The position numbers and the translations under genes were made by a program. Shown here piece by piece: positions 1 to 11,400 of a stretch of 64,000 bases of DNA. Position 1 is the first letter of the stretch. Every line of letters begins with the position of its first letter. The stretch lies in contig OZ059899.1 of NCBI GenBank assembly GCA_964057225.1, forward strand, positions 3,410,001 through 3,474,000. The letters run 5' to 3'. The DNA comes from Auanema rhodensis. Taxonomy: Eukaryota > Animalia > Nematoda. The notes beneath the pieces are model-generated. The model was not told where the DNA came from and did not search any database. It saw only the letters and a program-made list of their open reading frames with translations.

Positions 1-120
1 TAAGTTCACACTTATATCCTCGATTTTCACCCTGAAGAAATAATTTTTTCGTTGAATAACATTGTCCATCGTCTTTGCCTTGAAAAATGGAATCTAAAAA
101 CATCTACTTTTTGCTAAATT

Positions 121-155
121 ATTTTGAAATTTTTCGAAAAAATTTTTGTCAAAAT
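121..155. repeat. Imperfect palindrome centred on perfect TTTTTCGAAAAA (130-141), outer arms ATTTTGA/TCAAAAT; present in nearly every monomer
   Basis: 130-141 is self-reverse-complementary. 121-127 is the reverse complement of 149-155. Confidence 0.85.
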
Positions 156-168
156 GTTTTTGGAAGCA

Positions 169-196
169 ATGTTGAGTGTACATGGAAACTCAACAT
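169..196. repeat. Inverted repeat ATGTTGAGT-(10 nt)-ACTCAACAT in each monomer (representative copy)
   Basis: 169-177 is the exact reverse complement of 188-196. The loop is GTACATGGAA. Confidence 0.92.
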
Positions 197-347
197 ACAC
201 TAATGCATCATTTTTCAAACGATCATAACTAATTTTTGTATTAAGCGTTTCTCAATGTAGTATAGTGCATTCGATGCGGATTTTTTAGCTGCGTCGATCT
301 GTGTTATCAGATTTGCGCTAGCTTAAAAATGCACCGAGATATCAACT

Positions 348-369
348 GATATAAGTTCACACTTATATC
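348..369. repeat. Inverted repeat GATATAAGT-TCAC-ACTTATATC (9-bp stem, 4-nt loop), once per monomer (representative copy)
   Basis: 348-356 is the exact reverse complement of 361-369. Flanking CGAG (335-338) can pair with CTCG (370-373). An overlapping dyad ATATCA-AC-TGATAT lies at 339-352. Confidence 0.92.
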
Positions 370-3300
370 CTCGATTTTCACCCTGAAGAATTAATTTTTT
401 CGTTGAATAACATTGTCCATCGTCTTTGCCTTGAAAAATGGAATCTAAAAACATCTACTTTTTGCTAAATTATTTTGAAATTTTTCGAAAAAATTTTTGT
501 CAAAATGTTTTTGGAAGCAATGTTGAGTGTACATGGAAACTCAACATACACTAATGCATCATTTTTCAAACGATCATAACTAATTTTTGTATTAAGCGTT
601 TCTCAATGTAGTATAGTGCATTCGATGCGGATTTTTTAGCTGCGTCGATCTGTGTTATCAGATTTGCGCTAGCTTAAAAATGCACCGAGATATCAACTGA
701 TATAAGTTCACACTTATATCCTCGATTTTCACCCTGAAGAATTAATTTTTTCGTTGAATAACATTGTCCATCGTCTTTGCCTTGAAAAATGGAATCTAAA
801 AACATCTACTTTTTGCTAAATTATTTTGAAATTTTTCGAAAAAATTTTTGTCAAAATGTGTTTGGAAGCAATGTTGAGTGTACATGGAAACTCAACATAC
901 ACTAATGCATCATTTTTCAAACGATCATAACTAATTTTTGTATTAAGCGTTTCTCAATGTAGTATAGTGCATTCGATGCGGATTTTTTAGCTGCGTCGAT
1001 CTGTGTTATCAGATTTGCGCTAGCTTAAAAATGCACCGAGATATCAACTGATATAAGTTCACACTTATATCCTCGATTTTCACCCTGAAGAATTAATTTT
1101 TTCGTTGAATAACATTGTCCATCGTCTTTGCCTTGAAAAATGAAATCTAAAAACATCTACTTTTTGCTAAATTATTTTGAAATTTTTCGAAAAAATTTTT
1201 GTCAAAATGTGTTTGGAAGCAATGTTGAGTGTACATGGAAACTCAACATACACTAATGCATCATTTTTCAAACGATCATAACTAATTTTTGTATTAAGCG
1301 TTTCTCAATGTAGTAAAGTGCATTCGATGCGGATTTCTAAGCTGCGTCGATCTGTGTTATCAGATTTGCGCTAGCTTAAAAATGCACCGAGATATCAACT
1401 TATATAAGTTCACACTTATATCCTCGATTTTCACCCTGAAGAATTAATTTTTTCGTTGAATAACATTGTCCATCGTCTTTACCTTGAAAAAAGGAATCTA
1501 AAAACATCTACTTTTTGCTAAATTATTTTGAAATTTTTCGAAAAAATTTTTGTCAAAATGTTTTTGGAAGCAATGTTGAGTGTACATGGAAACTCAACAT
1601 ACACTAATGCATCATTTTTCAAACGATCATAACTAATTTTTGTATCAAGCGTTTTTCAATGTAGTATAGTGCATTCGATGCGGATTTTTAAGCTGCGTCG
1701 ATCTGTGTTATCAGATTTGCGCTAGCTTAAAAATGCACCGAGATATCAACTGATATAAGTTCACACTTATATCCTCGATTTTCACCCTGAAGAAATAATT
1801 TTTTCGTTGAATAACATTGTCCATCGTCTTTGCCTTGAAAAAAGGAATCTAAAAACATCTACTTTTTGCTAAATTATTTTGAAATTTTTCGAAAAAATTT
1901 TTGTCAAAATGTTTTTGGAAGCAATGTTGAGTGTACATGGAAACTCAACATACACTAATGCATCATTTTTCAAACGATCATAACTAATTTTTGTATTAAG
2001 TGTTTCTCAATGTAGTATAGTGCATTCGATGCGGATTTTTTAGCTGCGTCGATCTGTGTTATCAGATTTGCGCTAGCTTAAAAATGCACCGAGATATCAA
2101 CTGATATAAGTTCACACTTATATCCTCGATTTTCACCCTGAAGAATTAATTTTTTCGTTGAATAACATTGTCCATCGTCTTTGCCTTGAAAAATGGAATC
2201 TAAAAACATCTACTTTTTGCTAAATTATTTTGAAATTTTTCGAAAAAATTTTTGTCAAAATGTTTTTGGAAGCAATGTTGAGTGTACATGGAAACTCAAC
2301 ATACAGTAATGCATCATTTTTCAAACGATCATAACTAATTTTTGTATTAAGCGTTTCTCAATGTAGTAAAGTGCATTCGATGCGGATTTCTAAGCTGCGT
2401 CGATCTGTGTTATCAGATTTGCGCTAGCTTAAAAATGCACCGAGATATCAACTAATATAAGTTCACACTTATATCCTCGATTTTCACCCTGAAGAATTAA
2501 TTTTTTCGTTGAATAACATTGTCCATCGTCTTTGCCTTGAAAAAAGGAATCTAAAAACATCTACTTTTTGCTAAATTATTTTGAAATTTTTCGAAAAAAT
2601 TTTTGTCAAAATGTTTTTGGAAGCAATGTTGAGTGTACATGGAAACTCAACATACACTAATGCATCATTTTTCAAACGATCATAACTAATTTTTGTATCA
2701 AGTGTTTCTCAATGTAGTATAGTGCATTCGATGCGGATTTTTAAGCTGCGTCGATCTGTGTTATCAGATTTGCGCTAGCTTAAAAATGCACCGAGATATC
2801 AACTGATATAAGTTCACACTTATATCCTCGATTTTCACCCTGAAGAATTAATTTTTTCGTTGAATAACATTGTCTATCGTCTTCGCCTTGAGAAATGGAA
2901 TTTAAAAACATCTACTTTTTGCTAAATTATTTTGAAATTTTTCGAAAAAATTTTTGTCAAAATGTTTTTGGAAGCAATGTTGAGTGTACATGGAAACTCA
3001 ACATACACTAATGCATCATTTTTCAAACGATCATAACTAATTTTTGTATCAAGCGTTTTTCAATGTAGTATAGTGCATTCGATGCGGATTTTTAAGCTGC
3101 GTCGATCTGTGTTATCAGATTTGCGCTAGCTTAAAAATGCACCGAGATATCAACTGATATAAGTTCACACTTATATCCTCGATTTTCACCCTGAAGAAAT
3201 AATTTTTTCGTTGAATAACATTGTCCATCGTCTTTGCCTTGAAAAAAGGAATCTAAAAACATCTACTTTTTGCTAAATTATTTTGAAATTTTTCGAAAAA

Positions 3301-3789
3301 ATTTTTGTCAAAATGTTTTTGGAAGCAATGTTGAGTGTACATGGAAACTCAACATACACTAATGCATCATTTTTCAAACGATCATAACTAGTTTTTGTAT
3401 CAAGTGTTTCTCAATGTAGTATAGTGCATTCGATGCGGATTTTTAAGCTGCGTCGATCTGTGTTATCAGATTTGCGCTAGCTTAAAAATGCACCGAGATA
3501 TCAACTGATATAAGTTCACACTTATATCCTCGATTTTCACCCTGAAGAAATAATTTTTTCGTTGAATAACATTGTCCATCGTCTTTGCCTTGAAAAAAGG
3601 AATCTAAAAACATCTACTTTTTGCTAAATTATTTTGAAATTTTTCGAAAAAATTTTTGTCAAAATGTTTTTGGAAGCAATGTTGAGTGTACATGGAAACT
3701 CAACATACACTAATGCATCATTTTTCAAACGATCATAACTAATTTTTGTATCAAGCGTTTTTCAATGTAGTATAGTGCATTCGATGCGG

Positions 3790-3840
3790 ATTTTTAAGCT
3801 GCGTCGATCTGTGTTATCAGATTTGCGCTAGCTTAAAAAT
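3790..3840. repeat. 51-nt imperfect hairpin at p280-330 (major allele shown in m11): ATTTTTAAGCT GCG TCG ATCTG-TGTTAT-CAGAT TTG CGC T AGCTTAAAAAT
   Basis: There is an 11-bp perfect outer stem, then GCG/CGC and ATCTG/CAGAT inner stems, a 1-nt bulge and a 6-nt loop. Confidence 0.92.
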
Positions 3841-4914
3841 GCACCGAGATATCAACTGATATAAGTTCACACTTATATCCTCGATTTTCACCCTGAAGAA
3901 TTAATTTTTTCGTTGAATAACATTGTCTATCGTCTTTGCCTTGAGAAATGGAATTTAAAAACATCTACTTTTTGCTAAATTATTTTGAAATTTTTCGAAA
4001 AAATTTTTGTCAAAATGTTTTTGGAAGCAATGTTGAGTGTACATGGAAACTCAACATACACTAATGCATCATTTTTCAAACGATCATAACTAATTTTTGT
4101 ATCAAGCGTTTTTCAATGTAGTATAGTGCATTCGATGCGGATTTTTAAGCTGCGTCGATCTGTGTTATCAGATTTGCGCTAGCTTAAAAATGCACCGAGA
4201 TATCAACTGATATAAGTTCACACTTATATCCTCGATTTTCACCCTGAAGAATTAATTTTTTCGTTGAATAACATTGTCCATCGTCTTTGCCTTGAAAAAA
4301 GGAATCTAAAAACATCTACTTTTTGCTAAATTATCTTGAAATTTTTCGAAAAAATTTTTGTCAAAATGTTTTTGGAAGCAATGTTGAGTGTACATGGAAA
4401 CTCAACATACACTAATGCATCATTTTTCAAACGATCATAACTAATTTTTGTATCAAGTGTTTCTCAATGTAGTATAGTGCATTCGATGCGGATTTTTAAG
4501 CTGCGTCGATCTGTGTTATCAGATTTGCGCTAGCTTAAAAATGCACCGAGATATCAACTGATATAAGTTCACACTTATATCCTCGATTTTCACCCTGAAG
4601 AATTAATTTTTTCGTTGAATAACATTGTCCATCGTCTTTGCCTTGAAAAAAGGAATCTAAAAACATCTACTTTTTGCTAAATTATTTTGAAATTTTTCGA
4701 AAAAATTTTTGTCAAAATGTTTTTGGAAGCAATGTTGAGTGTACATGGAAACTCAACATACACTAATGCATCATTTTTCAAACGATCATAACTAATTTTT
4801 GTATCAAGCGTTTTTCAATGTAGTATAGTGCATTCGATGCGGATTTTTAAGCTGCGTCGATCTGTGTTATCAGATTTGCGCTAGCTTAAAAATGCACCGA
4901 GATATCAACTGATA

Positions 4915-7900
4915 TAAGTTCACACTTATATCCTCGATTTTCACCCTGAAGAAATAATTTTTTCGTTGAATAACATTGTCCATCGTCTTTGCCTTGAAAA
5001 AAGGAATCTAAAAACATCTACTTTTTGCTAAATTATTTTGAAATTTTTCGAAAAAATTTTTGTCAAAATGTTTTTGGAAGCAATGTTGAGTGTACATGGA
5101 AACTCAACATACACTAATGCATCATTTTTCAAACGATCATAACTAGTTTTTGTATCAAGTGTTTCTCAATGTAGTATAGTGCATTCGATGCGGATTTTTA
5201 AGCTGCGTCGATCTGTGTTATCAGATTTGCGCTAGCTTAAAAATGCACCGAGATATCAACTGATATAAGTTCACACTTATATCCTCGATTTTCACCCTGA
5301 AGAAATAATTTTTTCGTTGAATAACATTGTCCATCGTCTTTGCCTTGAAAAAAGGAATCTAAAAACATCTACTTTTTGCTGAATTATTTTGAAATTTTTC
5401 GAAAAAATTTTTGTCAAAATGTTTTTGGAAGCAATGTTGAGTGTACATGGAAACTCAACATACACTAATGCATCATTTTTCAAACGATCATAACTAATTT
5501 TTGTATCAAGTGTTTCTCAATGTAGTATAGTGCATTCGATGCGGATTTTTAAGCTGCGTCGATCTGTGTTATCAGATTTGCGCTAGCTTAAAAATGCACC
5601 GAGATATCAACTGATATAAGTTCACACTTATATCCTCGATTTTCACCCTGAAGAAATAATTTTTTCGTTGAATCACATTGTCCATCGTCTTTGCCTTGAA
5701 AAAAGGAATCTAAAAACATCTACTTTTTGCTAAATTATTTTGAAATTTTTCGAAAAAATTTTTGTCAAAATGTTTTTGGAAGCAATGTTGAGTGTACATG
5801 GAAACTCAACATACACTAATGCATCATTTTTCAAACGATCATAACTAATTTTTGTATCAAGTGTTTCTCAATGTAGTATAGTGCATTCGATGCGGATTTT
5901 TAAGCTGCGTCGATCTGTGTTATCAGATTTGCGCTAGCTTAAAAATGCACCGAGATATCAACTGATATAAGTTCACACTTATATCCTCGATTTTCACCCT
6001 GAAGAATTAATTTTTTCGTTGAATAACATTGTCTATCGTCTTTGCCTTGAGAAATGGAATCTAAAAACATCTACTTTTTGCTAAATTATTTTGAAATTTT
6101 TCGAAAAAATTTTTGTCAAAATGTTTTTGGAAGCAATGTTGAGTGTACATGGAAACTCAACATACACTAATGCATCATTTTTCAAACGATCATAACTAAT
6201 TTTTGTATCAAGTGTTTCTCAATGTAGTATAGTGCATTCGATGCGGATTTTTAAGCTGCGTCGATCTGTGTTATCAGATTTGCGCTAGCTTAAAAATGCA
6301 CCGAGATATCAACTGATATAAGTTCACACTTATATCCTCGATTTTCACCCTGAAGAATTAATTTTTTCGTTGAATCACATTATCCATCGTCTTTGCCTTG
6401 AAAAAAGGAATCTAAAAACATCTACTTTTTGCTAAATTATTTTGAAATTTTTCGAAAAAATTTTTGTCAAAATGTTTTTGGAAGCAATGTTGAGTGTACA
6501 TGGAAACTCAACATACACTAATGCATCATTTTTCAAACGATCATAACTAATTTTTGTATCAAGCGTTTTTCAATGTAGTATAGTGCATTCGATGCGGATT
6601 TTTAAGCTGCGTCGATCTGTGTTATCAGATTTGCGCTAGCTTAAAAATGCACCGAGATATCAACTGATATAAGTTCACACTTATATCCTCGATTTTCACC
6701 CTGAAGAAATAATTTTTTCGTTGAATAACATTGTCCATCGTCTTTGCCTTGAAAAAAGGAATCTAAAAACATCTACTTTTTGCTAAATTATTTTGAAATT
6801 TTTCGAAAAAATTTTTGTCAAAATGTTTTTGGAAGCAATGTTGAGTGTACATGGAAACTCAACATACACTAATGCATCATTTTTCAAACGATCATAACTA
6901 GTTTTTGTATCAAGTGTTTCTCAATGTAGTATAGTGCATTCGATGCGGATTTTTAAGCTGCGTCGATCTGTGTTATCAGATTTGCGCTAGCTTAAAAATG
7001 CACCGAGATATCAACTGATATAAGTTCACACTTATATCCTCGATTTTCACCCTGAAGAAATAATTTTTTCGTTGAATAACATTGTCCATCGTCTTTGCCT
7101 TGAAAAAAGGAATCTAAAAACATCTACTTTTTGCTGAATTATTTTGAAATTTTTCGAAAAAATTTTTGTCAAAATGTTTTTGGAAGCAATGTTGAGTGTA
7201 CATGGAAACTCAACATACACTAATGCATCATTTTTCAAACGATCATAACTAATTTTTGTATCAAGTGTTTCTCAATGTAGTATAGTGCATTCGATGCGGA
7301 TTTTTAAGCTGCGTCGATCTGTGTTATCAGATTTGCGCTAGCTTAAAAATGCACCGAGATATCAACTGATATAAGTTCACACTTATATCCTCGATTTTCA
7401 CCCTGAAGAAATAATTTTTTCGTTGAATCACATTGTCCATCGTCTTTGCCTTGAAAAAAGGAATCTAAAAACATCTACTTTTTGCTAAATTATTTTGAAA
7501 TTTTTCGAAAAAATTTTTGTCAAAATGTTTTTGGAAGCAATGTTGAGTGTACATGGAAACTCAACATACACTAATGCATCATTTTTCAAACGATCATAAC
7601 TAATTTTTGTATCAAGTGTTTCTCAATGTAGTATAGTGCATTCGATGCGGATTTTTAAGCTGCGTCGATCTGTGTTATCAGATTTGCGCTAGCTTAAAAA
7701 TGCACCGAGATATCAACTGATATAAGTTCACACTTATATCCTCGATTTTCACCCTGAAGAATTAATTTTTTCGTTGAATAACATTGTCTATCGTCTTTGC
7801 CTTGAGAAATGGAATCTAAAAACATCTACTTTTTGCTAAATTATTTTGAAATTTTTCGAAAAAATTTTTGTCAAAATGTTTTTGGAAGCAATGTTGAGTG

Positions 7901-8424
7901 TACATGGAAACTCAACATACACTAATGCATCATTTTTCAAACGATCATAACTAATTTTTGTATCAAGTGTTTCTCAATGTAGTATAGTGCATTCGATGCG
8001 GATTTTTAAGCTGCGTCGATCTGTGTTATCAGATTTGCGCTAGCTTAAAAATGCACCGAGATATCAACTGATATAAGTTCACACTTATATCCTCGATTTT
8101 CACCCTGAAGAATTAATTTTTTCGTTGAATCACATTATCCATCGTCTTTGCCTTGAAAAAAGGAATCTAAAAACATCTACTTTTTGCTAAATTATTTTGA
8201 AATTTTTCGAAAAAATTTTTGTCAAAATGTTTTTGGAAGCAATGTTGAGTGTACATGGAAACTCAACATACACTAATGCATCATTTTTCAAACGATCATA
8301 ACTAATTTTTGTATCAAGTGTTTCTCAATGTAGTATAGTGCATTCGATGCGGATTTTTAAGCTGCGTCGATCTGTGTTATCAGATTTGCGCTAGCTTAAA
8401 AATGCACCGAGATATCAACTGATA
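4915..8424. repeat. Higher-order repeat: 5-monomer (1755 bp) block duplicated in tandem (m15-19 / m20-24)
   Basis: The same ordered markers occur twice: p232G; p116G; p58C; p67T+84G; p58C+64A. Confidence 0.88.
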
Positions 8425-11400
8425 TAAGTTCACACTTATATCCTCGATTTTCACCCTGAAGAATTAATTTTTTCGTTGAATAACATTGTCTATCGTCTTT
8501 GCCTTGAGAAATGGAATCTAAAAACATCTACTTTTTGCTAAATTATTTTGAAATTTTTCGAAAAAATTTTTGTCAAAATGTTTTTGGAAGCAATGTTGAG
8601 TGTACATGGAAACTCAACATACACTAATGCATCATTTTTCAAACGATCATAACTAATTTTTGTATCAAGTGTTTCTCAATGTAGTATAGTGCATTCGATG
8701 CGGATTTTTAAGCTGCGTCGATCTGTGTTATCAGATTTGCGCTAGCTTAAAAATGCACCGAGATATCAACTGATATAAGTTCACACTTATATCCTCGATT
8801 TTCACCCTGAAGAAATAATTTTTTCGTTGAATAACATTGTCCATCGTCTTTGCCTTGAAAAAAGGAATCTAAAAACATCTACTTTTTGCTGAATTATTTT
8901 GAAATTTTTCGAAAAAATTTTTGTCAAAATGTTTTTGGAAGCAATGTTGAGTGTACATGGAAACTCAACATACACTAATGCATCATTTTTCAAACGATCA
9001 TAACTAATTTTTGTATTAAGCGTTTCTCAATGTAGTAAAGTGCATTCGATGCGGATTTCTAAGCTGCGTCGATCTGTGTTATCAGATTTGCGCTAGCTTA
9101 AAAATGCACCGAGATATCAACTAATATAAGTTCACACTTATATCCTCGATTTTCACCCTGAAGAATTAATTTTTTCGTTGAATCACATTGTCCATCGTCT
9201 TTGCCTTGAAAAAAGGAATCTAAAAACATCTACTTTTTGCTAAATTATTTTGAAATTTTTCGAAAAAATTTTTGTCAAAATGTTTTTGGAAGCAATGTTG
9301 AGTGTACATGGAAACTCAACATACACTAATGCATCATTTTTCAAACGATCATAACTAATTTTTGTATCAAGTGTTTCTCAATGTAGTATAGTGCATTCGA
9401 TGCGGATTTTTAAGCTGCGTCGATCTGTGTTATCAGATTTGCGCTAGCTTAAAAATGCACCGAGATATCAACTGATATAAGTTCACACTTATATCCTCGA
9501 TTTTCACCCTGAAGAATTAATTTTTTCGTTGAATAACATTGTCTATCGTCTTTGCCTTGAGAAATGGAATCTAAAAACATCTACTTTTTGCTAAATTATT
9601 TTGAAATTTTTCGAAAAAATTTTTGTCAAAATGTTTTTGGAAGCAATGTTGAGTGTACATGGAAACTCAACATACACTAATGCATCATTTTTCAAACGAT
9701 CATAACTAATTTTTGTATCAAGCGTTTTTCAATGTAGTATATTGCATTCGATGCGGATTTTTAAGCTGCGTCGATCTGTGTTATCAGATTTGCGCTAGCT
9801 TAAAAATGCACCGAGATATCAACTGATATAAGTTCACACTTATATCCTCGATTTTCACCCTGAAGAAATAATTTTTTCGTTGAATAACATTGTCCATCGT
9901 CTTTGCCTTAAAAAAAGGAATCTAAAAACATCTACTTTTTGCTGAATTATTTTGAAATTTTTCGAAAAAATTTTTGTCAAAATGTTTTTGGAAGCAATGT
10001 TGAGTGTACATGGAAACTCAACATACACTAATGCATCATTTTTCAAACGATCATAACTAATTTTTGTATTAAGCTTTTCTCAATGTAGTATAGTGCATTC
10101 GATGCGGATTTTTAAGCTGCGTCGATCTGTGTTATCAGATTTGCGCTAGCTTAAAAATGCACCGAGATATCAACTAATATAAGTTCACACTTATATCCTC
10201 GATTTTCACCCTGAAGAATTAATTTTTTCGTTGAATAACATTGTCCATCGTCTTTGCCTTGGAAAAAGGAATCTAAAAACATCTACTTTTTGCTAAATTA
10301 TTTTGAAATTTTTCGAAAAAATTTTTGTCAAAATGTTTTTGGAAGCAATGTTGAGTGTACATGGAAACTCAACATACACTAATGCATCATTTTTCAAACG
10401 ATCATAACTAATTTTTGTATCAAGTGTTTCTCAATGTAGTATAGTGCATTCGATGCGGATTTTTAAGCTGCGTCGATCTGTGTTATCAGATTTGCGCTAG
10501 CTTAAAAATGCACCGAGATATCAACTAATACAAGTTCACACTTATATCCTCGATTTTCACCCTGAAGAAATAATTTTTTCGTTGAATAACATTGTCCATC
10601 GTCTTTGCCTTGAAAAAAGGAATCTAAAAACATCTACTTTTTGCTGAATTATTTTGAAATTTTTCGAAAAAATTTTTGTCAAAATGTTTTTGGAAGCAAT
10701 GTTGAGTGTACATGGAAACTCAACATACACTAATGCATCATTTTTCAAACGATCATAACTAATTTTTGTATCAAGTGTTTCTCAATGTAGTATAGTGCAT
10801 TCGATGCGGATTTTTAAGCTGCGTCGATCTGTGTTATCAGATTTGCGCTAGCTTAAAAATGCACCGAGATATCAACTAATATAAGTTCACACTTATATCC
10901 TCGATTTTCACCCTGAAGAAATAATTTTTTCGTTGAATAACATTGTCCATCGTCTTTGCCTTGAAAAAAGGAATCTAAAAACATCTACTTTTTGCTGAAT
11001 TATTTTGAAATTTTTCGAAAAAATTTTTGTCAAAATGTTTTTGGAAGCAATGTTGAGTGTACATGGAAACTCAACATACACTAATGCATCATTTTTCAAA
11101 CGATCATAACTAATTTTTGTATTAAGCGTTTCTCAATGTAGTATAGTGCATTCGATGCGGATTTTTAAGCTGCGTCGATCTGTGTTATCAGATTTGCGCT
11201 AGCTTAAAAATGCACCGAGATATCAACTAATATAAGTTCACACTTATATCCTCGATTTTCACCCTGAAGAATTAATTTTTTCGTTGAATAACATTGTCCA
11301 TCGTCTTTGCCTTGAAAAAAGGAATCTAAAAACATCTACTTTTTGCTGAATTATTTTGAAATTTTTCGAAAAAATTTTTGTCAAAATGTTTTTGGAAGCA

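Larger units (their letters stand above)
1..351. repeat. Representative monomer (m1), about 31% GC, rich in A/T tracts, 12 CpG
   Basis: Hand count gives 110 G+C in 351 bp. There are many A4-6/T4-6 tracts, densest at p80-161. Confidence 0.97.

Noticed and set aside
47-63. CENP-B box-like motif TTTCGTTGAATAACATT
   Set aside because: It matches TTCG and the A of NTTCGNNNNANNCGGGN but lacks CGGG entirely (5 of 9 essential bases).
21-336. Methylation-driven CpG decay (transitions at p22, 135, 221, 246, 247, 273, 336)
   Set aside because: About 10 of about 70 alleles are at CpG positions versus about 5 expected. This is too few to separate from a general GC-to-AT bias, and CpG is not depleted overall.
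1-351. 5S rRNA, tRNA or snRNA tandem gene unit
   Set aside because: There is no recognisable 5S, tRNA or snRNA sequence, no Pol III A/B boxes, and the unit is too AT-rich.
1-351. Monomer as a dimer of two subunits of about 175 bp, or as a 117-codon coding repeat
   Set aside because: No convincing similarity between the halves by eye. The length is divisible by 3, but no reading frame stays open through a monomer.
1-351. Assignment to a known family such as Drosophila 1.688 (359 bp) or tenebrionid beetle satellites of about 350 bp
   Set aside because: Only length and AT content are similar. I cannot recognise sequence identity, so a database search is needed.
280-373. Conserved structured ncRNA, or intrinsic terminator, inferred from the hairpins
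   Set aside because: Stem variants (p281C, 282G, 284C, 285C, 286T, 316G, 325G, 326C, 348A, also 175T) show no compensatory partner in the same monomer. There is no GC-rich stem plus U-tract and no upstream gene.
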